Source: Laetmonice hystrix (Eukaryota). From it: a DNA stretch of 64,000 nt. Of the stretch, positions 1 to 13,344 are shown in pieces; within the stretch, counting starts at the first letter, position 1; each line of letters starts with the position of its first letter. Where the stretch lies: NCBI GenBank assembly GCA_965235115.1, contig OZ249436.1, positions 13,950,001 to 14,014,000 on the forward strand, read 5' to 3'. The notes beneath the pieces were generated by a model. That model did no database searches and was not told where the DNA came from. It saw only the letters and a list, made by a program, of their open reading frames with translations. Position numbers and translations under genes: made by a program.

Positions 1-3000
1 GTCTCTGCAAACGAACTAATGCGATCGCAATGAGAAGACAAAGGCTGGGACAGGATGGTGCGTTCTGATGTTAATGGTCCCGACACCCGACGTCAAGCTA
101 GGTTGATTTGATCCACCGTTAGAAACAAAGTCATGTAGCCAGACCCCGAGAACATAACGTTGTTATTATCCAGTCATCCAGGGGCCAAACTCTACTTGTA
201 GTGTCAGCCCGTCATGTATCAGATAGGGGACCTATGTGTACATGATCTCTGGCTCCATTTAAAACCTTGATGACCTCCAAAGTGCATTTTTAACATAATT
301 CCCATATGTGTTTAATGATTATAATGACATGATGGTAAGTTTTCAACAACTATGTAAGTGAACTTAACCTTTCCTTTCCAATGAATTCCCCTTTTGTTAT
401 ATGAAACCGGCACTCTGGCTGGTCTGCGGGCATGCTTGCTATAGCAGGAATATTGTTACAGAAGTATTTCGTCATGGCACCCATCAGTGCGTACTCCAGT
501 TGAATATATGAAGTATTTTTATCCTTATATCGGACATATTAGATTTTAAATATCTTCTTTCCATGTGAAAAATGGAAGCGGTGCGCATTTAATTGTAATC
601 GATGCGGAAACAACATTAAAGATCCTTACATAGACTTACATAGATGTCCCATAGGACCTATTTATCTGGATTTCTATCAGCTTTAGTAGCTATCGTGTAA
701 GAAGAACCGGTAACCGAATGTGTCTAGTGCTTTAAGCGCCAATATCTCCATTTTGTACTTAAGATGATCTGACCAGATGGAATGAACGTCAATAAAGGCT
801 GGGGCTTGAATTACCACTTGTGTATTTATGCTGGAACTCTCCTGGTGGCCATCCCTGACCCAGTGAAACTTTTGTGCCACAAGACGAGCAGAAGGCGGGA
901 CGAAGGGCTGGACTTGATCGACTGCATTCTAAAAGAAGGCCTCACGTTGTGTATAGAGGTGGTCCTGGTGAACGAATGTTGCATGGATTGTGTACTGGTG
1001 CGCAGAGGGACCCTGCCACTGGTCGTATTTACCCAATCTCATCGGGACGCTTTCATGTATAAATTATCCTCACCAGTCGATCGCTTCACTTTGACTGAAC
1101 CTCACCGTTAACATACCTGAATCAAGTTCATATTTTCGACCCGTTGAATCACTTAGCGACTTGGATAAGCCGATGATGAACGATTAGTGGTATTTCACGA
1201 CTATGGTTTGGTGATGATTATCCCAAAAGTGGCTCGGGTTGGGTTATCTAATCCAAGGGGTCAACATCCAGGATAACCAATCATCTCAACAGATGTTTGG
1301 CAGAGGAAGCTTTGGCAGATGTCATGACGAGTGCTTTCATAACAATAACAATAGGTCTAGTACCCCTTTGTCTGTCTTTAGTTTGATCACCATGCGCCCT
1401 TTCTGATATTCAACACATATTTCAGGGCTCATTTGAAATATAATTTTGTGTTCAATGCAGAGCGGCCATTGTTGACTGAACTCCACTTTGTTTAGTTTCA
1501 TTAATTATGATTAATTTCTAATCGTATTTTAGACAAAAGTATTCACGAGCAGAATTTAGAGAGAGAAAATGGACATTATCTAACAGGCGTCGTTAGCATG
1601 GAGCCAAACAAACGAGTTTCAGTACATATTGTAACTTCGTGACACCTCCAATAGTTGTGCTGTAAGACGACCACAGATGTTAATACCCCGCCATGCATGG
1701 CTCTAGTTTGTATGCAGTAATTATCTGCCGTCATTGTGCCTTGTGCGGTGAGTGTTAGCTGAAGCTCACAGAGAACCCCAATTATACCGACTACAGGTCT
1801 AATGAATATTGCGTCCAGTAACATTTTGTAACAGTTCGGGCCCAGGAAGTTGTATCCTGGATTCTCCATCCATAATGCGGGATGAACAAAAAGAGATCAT
1901 CCCATGGTATGCCTACCTTGGATTACAGCGAGGCGATAACGCCAAAACCCCACGAAAGGACATCGTACCGTGGCCACCAGCGCGGCCAATAAATAGGATT
2001 ATCCTAAAGCAACGTCTCCAGTACAGAAGCTGTCACCAGATGATCATATTTTGTGTTTTATGTGCATTATCTGGTGCCATCGCCAACCCCAGTGGTCTGG
2101 GTGTGCCGTCGTAAAGATTATGGTTTCAGCCGGCCGGCATGGTGGAGCTGTCTCCAGGCTGCTGAGGCTCACCACTGGCCGAGCGGCTGGCGGCGAGCGG
2201 CGGCAGCCGATCATCGGCCCGTCCGATAACCCGGCAAACTGTGGCCGTCCACTAGACGTGGCCGACCATACTAATAACGCCAATTACCAGGCCAGTGTTT
2301 ACCTGGTGACGGGCTATGAACAAGGCGCATCCGCCGGCCAAATTAAGTAGAAGACTGCAGGAGCGGCATCACCAGCCCTTATTGGCTGGGTAATAAATGC
2401 CAGCCTGGTCGACGCTTGTTGCCAGAGACATCGATTTGATCTGTGACGCTAATTTGTTCAAACTGTCCAAGGATGCTTACTTAAATGCCGTCCGTGGACA
2501 GCCTGGTGTATGAATGGCAATCTTGGGAATTGGCTTAGGCCTAGACATAACCAAAGATAGGGAAGTAGGCTGAAGAGGCGTCAATCGCCCAGGAAAGGGT
2601 TGAACCGTTGGAAATCCTCCGTCTTCGTCTCTTCTCAACATCTTCACTGGTCAGCAATAGCAACCACTGGCTATCATTTGTATATCATGCTTGTATATTT
2701 CTGTATGGCACTCTTTCTGGGCCAGGAGGAGTGAAATATTGCAAGTGGAGAACGAATTTTGTAAATCCTTCCCGCCCCAAGCGTCTGGAGCAATTCATGA
2801 TTGTTTGGTCAAATAAACAAATTGCTTTTCCTTGGAGCTGCTTGGCGATTCAGTGATCTACTGGCGGTATGTACTCGAGTTTGCACGTGCTTCAGCACAG
2901 CGACGGGAATCGGCTTGAACATTGCTTCAAAGAGTTCCGTCCCCGAGGGTGAGCCAGGCAGCGGGCGAAACAATTGACCCTTGTGGCCCCTGGCACCACA

Positions 3001-3593
3001 TTGGCGCTACCCAAACAATCATTCAGGATAACCCCACCGCCACTCAAATACGATGCATAACCTAAAGCGAGATACATGCTTTACGTGACTTACTAAGTTA
3101 ATCTATACGCAGCCACAGATGATGAACAGCGTGCTCTGGCAAACAACCGGCCCCTGTACTGAAGGATAGACGGAATCACAACAGACTCGTGCACCTAGTT
3201 AAACCCGCCCTGCACCCCACATAGAGTTCACCAAATTCAGCGAGATGAAGGACCCACATAGACCTAGGCAGTTCACCAGTCATACTGGCTGAGCTCGGGA
3301 AAAATAACTTCACGTGTAATAGAACTGTCCATTCTTCTGTAAGCCTATAATCACCACAGTACATCATGTTTTTACTAATAGCCTTGTCTGGCCTCATTCG
3401 GATACCTGCAGCACAAGTATGGGGTACCCTACAATCAGAATACTAAATGTCGAAAACAAACAATATTATCATGACGATACTGTCACTGTTATAAGACGCC
3501 GTTATAATGGAGACGTGGAAATTATCCAGGACCTTCTTGCTGCCATTGGCATCAGTGAATCTAGCTTCCATTTTGTATCACTGAAATACATGT

Positions 3594-3876
3594 CAGGGCC
3601 GGATCCAGGGGGGGGGGGCGTGGGGGGCGTACGCCCCCTATTTTTGGCAGAGTAATGATTTTTTGAGACTGGAATTTTACACTTGCCGGGAAAGAAGAGA
3701 GCTAGGAAGAAAGTCCCTCTCAGATGCCGGGAAAATGCATCTGACAAACATGAATTTTCTAATTTTTCTGGGGGAGATCCACCAGACCCCCCCCCCTGGG
3801 GCTTTGCGCCTTCGGCGCTCGCAATCTTCTCCAGGGGCTATGCCCCCTCTTTCTAAGAATCCTGGATCCGGCCCTG
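3594..3876. mobile_element. 283-bp non-autonomous DNA transposon (MITE), hAT-like termini
   Basis: 16-bp perfect TIR CAGGGCCGGATCCAGG / CCTGGATCCGGCCCTG; no coding capacity; no clean TSD. Confidence 0.75.
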
Positions 3877-5863
3877 CATGTATCTGGCGAAACCTTAGCT
3901 GGACCATCTGTGACGAATTCATTATTCATTAGGCCTACTTGTTTGCGAATTTCATTCGTAAAACTATATAAATACGTGTTCTCGCAATATCTTTCTTTCG
4001 TGGATAACAAAAAGGAGAGAGCTTTAGCGAGACAAACACTACAAGCAGCAGGTGTTATTACCTTTCATACTGTTGCCAAGGCCACTCCAACATAATTGTG
4101 AAAAACATCTTTCTACTCTTCTTAAACAAGACAAACGTAAAACTCAGTATTAAGTATACAATGTACTGCCACAGACTGGAAGAACATACCCGTCTCAGCC
4201 CCCCCCCCCCCGGCCGACCTTAAGAATGTCACCATTATCATGGACAGCTTACATTTTGTAGCAGCACGTTTGATCCTCGTTAAAACGTGTGCGAGGCACG
4301 CTGGAAATCGTTAGCGGTCAGCTGGACGGTGGCTCAGGGAACGTTTCGTTTTGAAGAACCGTTAGTGGAGACACGTGTAGCAGTTGTAGTTGACCTTGTC
4401 GACCGAGTCAGCCGATACCGTTGTGGTAGGAGTAGTTGAGACGTTGCCAGTCCCCCAGCCTCGTTTAGGGGCTACTTCCCGGCGGAAGGACATCAAGGGG
4501 CCCTCCGTCTCGACGTAAGATACTTCCGTCTCCTTGTGTGTCTGATCTGTCAGTCAAGGTGAAGGACGAACGTCTCTCGCGACCTTGTCCATTACAGTTT
4601 GGGCAATACGAGTACTGCAAGTCACACACCTGAACCAGTTAACTCCGCACCCCGCTACCGTGGGTTTAAATTTGACAAAACCAACCATATCTTTTCTATA
4701 AAATCCCATCGTAATCCCTATCAATACAATAAAGATGCTAGCAGCTGACAATTATGGACTATATTTAAATTGTCAAGACAATCAACCATACATCGGTGGT
4801 GTCGCATCTAAGACCGACTATTAAAATGACGTTGCATTGAGCCGTCGTTGATAGTTTCTACCTTTCTGCCCTTACCACTAATGCATCTCTAAATTTTAGC
4901 AGAATTCCAACCCATAGATAGGCCACACACTAAAAATATGACAAATTACTCTCACCTGTCTCCCCGTGCATAATCAGAACCGCCTTCTATGTGTATTGCG
5001 TCAAAAGCACGCGGTACGCTAAAAGATCTAACAACATTTCTTCGCAAATTGCGGCCTTGTGTGGATTGAGCCGAGTGGGCCTCTAATGACACAATAATTC
5101 GGCCTAATAGGCGTGCTTCAGGACACCTTGTAATGGTTGCCATGGCGGCACGACGCCAAATTTGGTTGTCTGTGAGACGCGATGGTGAAAGGCACTGCAA
5201 GGTGGGAAAGTACGGAACGAGGTGAAAATAGGGTGAATGTGGTAGGGTAGGTTCTGGACGTAAGGAGAATAGTGGTTCTTACGGCCCACCAGGACTTCCC
5301 ACATCTAAATCCGCGATAAGTGCCTCTCTGAGGCCCTCAACATACTAACCTAATGTAGGGATCTTTGGGGCAAATCATATGAGCTGTTTAATATAGCTCC
5401 CAACTACCGTACTATATGGTAACGCTCACGGAGGTCGTATAGAGGGAATAGATATGTTTATGCCAGTGTATTTGAGGTATTAATTTTAAAAAGTATTCTC
5501 TATGTAGGTGTTTGAGCATTCTCTGGCCATGAAACTGATCCTTTTGGTCTTACAGTATCTCCATATTGAATACTAGAAGTTATCCATACAATGGTTACAG
5601 GGTACGCTGCTAACACCACCTTCAACATTTTGTTTATTTTGCTCGTGTGGCACAGACCCATTGTACCATCCTCATCCTGTCTGAGGTAGTGATATTATTC
5701 ATTTATAATAATGACCCGACAGATCAAATGTCCAAGACCTAAAATCATGGTCCAGGTGGGTTTTAATAGTCCGTTCAAATCAGATCAAACATCCATACCG
5801 ACTATTGATGTTTGCAAGCTATTTAATGAACGGGACGCCATTAACTTCTGAGCTATTTTATAG

Positions 5864-5973
5864 GAATGGGACGACTACAAACTGAAGTGGGACCCGACGT
5901 TATACGGTGGTGTAGACAGGCTCTATGTACCGTCTGAGGAGATATGGCTTCCTGATATCGTCCTTTATAACAA
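5864..5973 (+). CDS. nAChR alpha subunit, 110-nt exon ([36 protein letters not shown])
   Basis: tag|GAATGG acceptor and AA|gtaagt donor. Encodes the Cys-loop-receptor loop A motif WLPDIVLYN. Phase 2 joins the 9013 exon to give N-ADG. Confidence 0.96.
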
Positions 5974-7379
5974 GTAAGTAACGACCACAGAGCCCCCTGG
6001 TGGCGGCGAGCATCTGGAGCATCCGTCTGGGCGATCCCAGCACGGCCATATCACAAACATTGCGACTTGTGGGCTATTTATGTACACCGTGTAGGTGGTA
6101 AGGCATGATACATTTCTTTGGCAATTTGACGATGTTTTTAAAGTCATGCATATTTCATCTGCCCTTCGTAACACAGAGTTTTACGTTGCAAAGTAGTTTA
6201 GCAGCATTTTAATGATGTAGCAAAATATTCGACAGACCAATTCTACCCTATGTAACAATGCAGGAAGGTAGAAACAGAAGGGCAAAATCTAAAAAGATAA
6301 TGTTAATATCATACTAGCTTCGCAAGTAACGATGCACAATGCGATACGAACTATTTATTCAACGAGTGCTATGCTGAAGATTCGCAGTATAATAACATGA
6401 TTTGATGCCATACTTGGCCGACAGTTACGATACGCATGCGTCATTGTGACCTGATGAGCAGTAAAACAAAACGTTCCGAGTAAGACGAGTAAAATACGAA
6501 GAACATTTAATTGTATGAATTGTATGTTTTTCACACTCTACAGGAAAGTGGCACTCAAGAAACGCAACAACAGGCTCGCAGCCTTGGCGCCTACAATTTC
6601 ATATTAATGCGCTTTCTTCCCTCTGTTTACCATTTCAAAGACAGGTTGAAGATTGTGGATAAATGGATAAGATGATAACTAAGATAACAACTCACATACA
6701 GCTGGAGCAGAATGGAGTTATATGAATGTAATCACTCGACTGCTGAAAGCCGGCAGTGTCAAGGAGTACTGTCGGCTTCCAACACTGCCCTTTCTCACGA
6801 ACCCTAGGGTTGGGAGGGAGGCAGAGTCTATGCACTGATCTCCACCTATTCCCGCCCTCACCCTTCTAAAACTACCCCGACACTTCGTATTATAGTTGGC
6901 TTCCTGTCTAACACACCATGTGTTTATGTTTTGTTTTGTTTCGCATGTTGTCTGGCTCCGACACCTAGAGAATATATTGTTTGTTCACTGAATTTATCCT
7001 CCAGTATTACGTCTTACCGTTCACTTTGAGTTATATCAGCACGCATCGACTCAATGGGCAATTTCAAAATATTCAAACACATAGGTGCACCATGGTGCAT
7101 CATGTGTAACCGATAAACGAATCTGGCGCATGGAAAAACCTTCTGGGTTGTATTGTTCCATTCTCTGGCAAAACCCAACCTTTATTGAGCCTGTGTGTGC
7201 TATCATTTGATAATTGTTTCATGCCAAGCTTGTCGCAACTGCATGAAGGATATTGTTTGATCAAAGGTGTCTCCGAGTCGTCCCCGTGGCGCTTTCCTAC
7301 GTACAATGATGTAGTTATGTCATGTTACAATAATTTCTCGGAGTCTGTGCACACCGTTTGTGGATTCTGACAGAGGAAA

Positions 7380-7940
7380 GACATGGGTCATATGAAACTG
7401 ACACAAATTATACACGATTACTCGACATGGGTCATATGAGACTGACACAAATTATACACGATTATTAGACATGGGTCATATGAAACTGACACAAATTATA
7501 CACGATTATTAGACATGGGTCATATGAAACTGACATAAATTATAAACGATTACTAGACATGGGTCATATGAAACTGACACAAATTATACACGATTTCTAG
7601 ACATGGGTCATATGAAACTGACAAATTATACACGATTATTAGACATGGGTCATATGAAACTGACAAATTATACACGATTTCTGGACATGGGTCATATGAA
7701 ACTGACAAATTATACACGATTTCTGGACATGGGTCATATGAAACTGACAAATTATACACGATTTCTGGACATGGGTCATATGAAACTGACACAAATTATA
7801 CACGATTTCTGAACATGGATCATATGAAACTGACACAAATTATACACGATTTCTAGACATGGGTCATATGAAACTGACAAATTATACACGATTTCTGAAC
7901 ATGGATCATATGAAACTGACACAAATTATACACGATTACT
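7380..7940. repeat. Minisatellite, 42/44-bp unit, about 13 copies (nAChR intron)
   Basis: GACATGGGTCATATGAAACTGAC(AC)AAATTATACACGATT. Confidence 0.95.
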
Positions 7941-9195
7941 ACTACGGGAGACATCCAGATGTGAAGCCGTGAAAATGATGGCGATTTCACACGTATAGTT
8001 CCTTTTTACGGATACAGTCTTTGTGCGAACATTCTGGCTGTCACCGCCAGTCTCTGAAATATTCAAGTTTTTTCAAATGAACAAGACAATGAGACAATGA
8101 AAGTAGATCATTCAATATCCTTATTGTTGTCGATATTCCGTTAGTTCTAGTTGCAGAACTCTACAGCTGCCGTGTTTCCCTGCACGTTTTCTCCATGTGA
8201 TCCTGATTTCTATTCCTTTATTTTGCATGTACCCTTGTATTATGTATCTTTATTTTGTGAGGAATTCTACCACAGCACTATGGGCAGTCTGTGGGACAGA
8301 AACCTGGGTTTATTGCAAGCATTCTCTGCTGTCTGATCCACACCCACCCTTGCTGTAATATATATTGCAGTGCCGACGGCAATTATGAAGTAACATTGAT
8401 GACAAAGGCCACCCTGTACCCCGACGGTCGCGTACACTGGGAGCCTCCTGCTATCTACAAAAGTTCTTGCACGATAAACGTTGAGTTTTTCCCATTCGAC
8501 GAACAACTATGTACTTTGAAGTTTGGTTCTTGGACCTACGATGGCTACCAAGTGAAACTGACACAAATTATACACGATTACTACTACGGGAGACATCCAG
8601 ATGTGAAGCCGTGAAAATGATGGCGATTTCACACGTATAGTTCCTTTTTACGGATACAGTCTTTGTGCGAACATTCTGGCTGTCACCGCCAGTCTCTGAA
8701 ATATTCAAGTTTTTTCAAATGAACAAGACAATGAGACAATGAAAGTAGATCATTCAATATCCTTATTGTTGTCGATATTCCGTTAGTTCTAGTTGCAGAA
8801 CTCTACAGCTGCCGTGTTTCCCTGCACGTTTTCTCCATGTGATCCTGATTTCTATTCCTTTATTTTGCATGTACCCTTGTATTATGTATCTTTATTTTGT
8901 GAGGAATTCTACCACAGCACTATGGGCAGTCTGTGGGACAGAAACCTGGGTTTATTGCAAGCATTCTCTGCTGTCTGATCCACACCCACCCTTGCTGTAA
9001 TATATATTGCAGTGCCGACGGCAATTATGAAGTAACATTGATGACAAAGGCCACCCTGTACCCCGACGGTCGCGTACACTGGGAGCCTCCTGCTATCTAC
9101 AAAAGTTCTTGCACGATAAACGTTGAGTTTTTCCCATTCGACGAACAACTATGTACTTTGAAGTTTGGTTCTTGGACCTACGATGGCTACCAAGT
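7911..9195. repeat. 642-bp direct tandem duplication (2 copies)
   Basis: 7911-8553 matches 8553-9195; no mismatches seen by eye. Confidence 0.93.
8371..8551 (+). pseudogene. Truncated duplicate of the first 181 nt of the large nAChR exon, with its acceptor
   Basis: Identical by eye to 9013-9193 (offset 642). Then runs into minisatellite-derived sequence and reaches a stop at 8612-8614. Confidence 0.9.
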
Positions 9196-10030
9196 CGATC
9201 TGAAACACATAGGTCAGGAAGCCGCGGGTGTCGGTGACCTCGATATCATATCTGATGGCATCGACCTCAAGGACTTCTACCGCTCCGTTGAATGGGATTT
9301 ACTTAGCGTTCCCGCTCGCAAAAACGAAAAGTACTACACCTGCTGTAGTGAACCGTATCCCGACATAACGTTTAACATAACAATGAGAAGAAAGACACTG
9401 TTCCATACGGTCAACCTGATCATCCCCTGCGTGGCTATCAGTTTCCTCACCGTACTTGTATTTTATCTGCCGTCAGACAGCGGCGAGAAGATTACTTTGT
9501 GTATCTCCATTCTGCTTTCGCTCACCGTTTTCTTCCTACTGTTGGCGGAGATCATCCCACCGACTTCCTTAGTCGTGCCTCTCATCGGCAAATACCTACT
9601 CTTCACCATGATCCTCGTTACGCTTTCCATCATCGTCACCGTCATCGTGCTCAACGTCCACTTCCGTTCGCCAGCCACGCACACCATGTCACCGTGGGTA
9701 CGTAAGGTCTTTCTCAACATCCTGCCGCGTCTCCTCATCATGCGCCGGCCACACATAGACAGGGACAGGGCGCCCAAGGTCGTCGTTCGTACCTGTAACG
9801 GCGTGGAGATACGCGACTCGTACGGCGACGGTACACGCCTGTCGGCAGACCTGACTTTTGACAACACAGGAACCTATTCAGGCATGATGCAAGGCGCCAC
9901 TGAGGACCTAGATACGGACCTGGACGCCAACATGCGAGCCAGGGCGTATTACACCCCGGAGGTGGTGAAAGCTATAGAAGGGGTGCGGTATATAGCGGAA
10001 CATTTAAAAGAGGAGGACGATGCATCAAAT
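9013..10030 (+). CDS. nAChR alpha subunit, large exon: Cys-loop, loops B and C, TM1-TM3, M3-M4 loop
   Basis: gcag|T acceptor and AAT|gtgagt donor. Contains Cys-loop [20 protein letters not shown], vicinal cysteines YYTCCSEPY (alpha subunit) and SGEKITL (cation-selective), then three hydrophobic helices. Confidence 0.98.
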
Positions 10031-12567
10031 GTGAGTAGAACGGTGGCACGAAGGTAATTAGTTGTAACCGACATCCCTTTGCTTCGCCCACAAAGGTTAC
10101 TTTTATGTATAACCTTGCAAAACACAATCTGCTCCGCCTCCTTTCTTTTTCTGTTTTTAACATGTTTCTTTTTTTAGCGATGAACAAACTGGTTTTATGT
10201 CTGGTCGCCATACGCCGTTGAAGCCGGTCAAAGAAAGTGGTTTTTGGTCGGTCGTATTGCTTTGGTAATAGGTTGGGGTGCGGGTAGAAGCCAACAGTCG
10301 CGCCTTACATGGAAGGGCGTGAAGCAATCAGCTGATCCAGGCCAACAATGTGTATTTGGTCCCTTTAAAGCAAACGGTCTCAAATGAAATTACACCCTTC
10401 TTGGGCCGAACCCGAAACTACTTTTTTGACCTGAAACTTAAAGCGGTGGACCAATCCCCTCCGACAACACGCTATACCTGCAGGGGTCCTTTCCAGCCCC
10501 TTTAACAACACGGAGGCCATAGGTGTCACGGCACATATAAGGACAATTCATTTACTTAATGCCCGCTAAAGTGGGTAGAGGGCCTTCTTAAAGGTTGTGT
10601 TGGCCACGGACAGCTCGGCGACTGACGTCTTTTGATGGGTGAAGGCTCCTTATCAGACAGAATTCAATTAGGCAACATGTGATGGGGGAGTTCTAAGCCC
10701 TTTGAAATCCCGGATTAATGACGTTATCTTGGGGTGTTTCACTGTCTGACTTACCAATGTGTGTGCCCAGCTTGACTACAAGATATAAACGGCCAAAGGT
10801 CTTTTAAACAACTGATACATTAGGTTAGACAGAACCCCACACAGGCGAAAGGAGCCGTTTCGTGCTGGGTGCCCAGTTTGGTGGAGTTGTCAAAGCGCCG
10901 GGCGTCTTGGTTGCTGTTCCAACATTGCTTTAAGACCGTCTGTTTGACTGTTTTCACGGTCATCCATACTCACGAATGACGATATAAGCCATCGGTGTTA
11001 TATGAATTCGTATCCTACCAGTATTTTCTTAGGAATAAATGCCTTATAGTTTGCATTTTCAAAAGTGCGTCGGATTATAGTTAATATTTATCTTGGATTA
11101 TCTGGAGCCTGCTTTCCGATTCATAATAGATGGTAAAACCGGCTGTAAGCGCTTCATGAATTCATACTGAGTTCCTTTCACAAAATCCTAGTCCGAAGAC
11201 CTGCGCACTGTCATGCTATGAGCCTTGGTATGAATCTGTGGGTTTACTGATACATTCATACAATCCCTTCCATCGATCAATATCCCTCTAGCATTCATAG
11301 AAGTAATCTTATTTTAAACAACCGATAACGCACTTGCAGAACATTGAAGAAATCTGGCAGAAGAAGTCTCTGGCTTTCTTGCGTCTTTTTATAAACTCCT
11401 AAGTTTGCTAAGCACGGACCAGTCTTTGTATACATGTACGTGACACGTGACTGATGCCTCCAGCCTTAATTCGAACCTCCTAGATATACTGCGTGGCAAT
11501 CCCAAGAAAAACCTCCCCCGATGATGCTCCTAAGTTCCGTGTTGAAGACTGTTATTTACTCGACCTTCACGGCCGCCTTCCCAGGGGTAGAACATGGTGA
11601 TAATAGGTTCTATTTCTCCCCAAGACCCACGTCCCTAGCCAGCGTCCTTGGATGGCCTACTTTGTGATTGTCCTCAGATTTATCACGGAAAATCCCATTC
11701 CAATATGGTCGTTTTGCGGTCGAGGAAGACCGTGCTTGTAAATGAGTAGTCCCCACAGTAGTCGGGGCCGTGTCGGGATGTGGTGGAGGAAGAGCGCGTT
11801 GCCCTGGAGGACTAGAATTGTTAGCGGTCGGAGACGGCTTGGATGAGCCTGGTTTGGCTAGGATCGAACATGACTATGCACTAAAGTTGCGTGGACCTAC
11901 AAGGCTGCTGCAACGTGCAGTGACTCGCAAACCACCAATTTAAAGGCAATCTCAGCAATCCGTGAAGTTAGCTCGCCATTTTAAAATTTTACCATAAAAT
12001 ATCTCATGGTCTGTTCGTTCCGCCCAGGCCCTATCTCAATCAATTTGCCACGTATCGCAGGTGCAAAGCCTAATCAGTAATTGCCGAATTAGTTATTACC
12101 CAAATGTGTTACATGAAAACTATCTCTGGCAGCGATTGAAAATATTCAAATACGATGGCAAATGGGAAAGTCGTCATTAACATCGTCTCAAAGGGGCAGC
12201 ATAATGAAAGCTTGGTGAATTCTAGCGAATGTAACGCACCAACAATTAGGCCCTTTATTCTGCATACAGCCTTCCTTTAAAAACCTTCAAATTTCATCAC
12301 TCATCTATCTTCCTTAGTCAATATCAAAGTACATTTATATAAGTGTTTGCAGTGAACCGTTTTCTTGACGTATTTTAAGTGTAATATTTGTAACCTGCAG
12401 GGAAAGTTTCCTCCCAATAGACTTTGAGAGTCCGGGAGGAACAACCAAGGTCATAAGGTATTAATCTTGAAGGGGCAACCTTTAAGCTGACTTTCGGTTC
12501 TTCCTTCTATTCCAGGACGTTATTAATTAGACAATTTCGATTAATGTTGAGTCCTGCTCCCTTTCAG

Positions 12568-12720
12568 ATAAAAGAGGATTGGAAATACGTAGCGCTGGTG
12601 CTAGACCGACTCTTTCTGTGGATATTTACAACGGCTTGTGTGGTGGGGACGTTTGGGATAATCCTCCAAGCTCCCACTCTCTATGATGACAGGGAGCCGT
12701 TGGCCGTGAGCCTAGAATAG
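12568..12720 (+). CDS. nAChR alpha subunit, terminal exon ([50 protein letters not shown])
   Basis: ctttcag| acceptor, phase 0 as required. Contains the [16 protein letters not shown] motif and TM4, ending in TAG at 12718-12720. Confidence 0.97.
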   Translation: MKEDWKYVALVLDRLFLWIFTTACVVGTFGIILQAPTLYDDREPLAVSLE

Positions 12721-13204
12721 CTCAAGTGTACTTGGGACGTGGAGACGTGACGTTGGCCATGCAGTGGACCAGTAATCCCGGCTCGGACCGACACGCCGCC
12801 GTCAACAGTTCCACATTATGACGTAGCGTGTGACGTATACCGAAATGGACACACCAATTCCACTCCGATTGTTCACACCTACACTTGCGTTATCGAGTGA
12901 TCCTCAGCTCAACCACAGCCGGCAGCCATGATTGGTTCAGTCGGGTCACAGTGGACACGGTTAGCCAGTGGCAAACAGTACGAAAACTAAATTGTTTGTT
13001 TTCAATGTTCACGTCCTAAGAGTATAGGATACACCTACGCAGGCTATACCTACATACCAGTGAGGCCATACAGCCCTGTTGAATTTGAGACAGTTATAAC
13101 ATTATAATGCCCATGAAAGACTTGTTCATGGAGAGGCTAACGGATATCGATAACGCACTTATATACTTCGCAGATGAAACCTTTTTAAGACGATTGTGAT
13201 TGGC

Positions 13205-13344
13205 AATAAATTTCTGTAATTTTTATAGCCTATCGTGTGATAGTTTTCTTTTCCCAATACCCGGGCCCAATAAAGCCATCCAGGCAAGGGGAACAATCAA
13301 TGTGTCAGTCGTAACATTTCTATTTATTAAAACGATGGAATAAA
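13205..13344 (+). promoter_or_regulatory. Candidate nAChR polyadenylation signals
   Basis: AATAAA at 13205, 13269 and 13339, downstream of the stop codon. Confidence 0.5.

Noticed and set aside
1-5863. 5' exons of the nAChR (signal peptide; DEKNQ..TNVW exon)
   Set aside because: No matching coding segment was found by eye; they probably lie upstream of the window.
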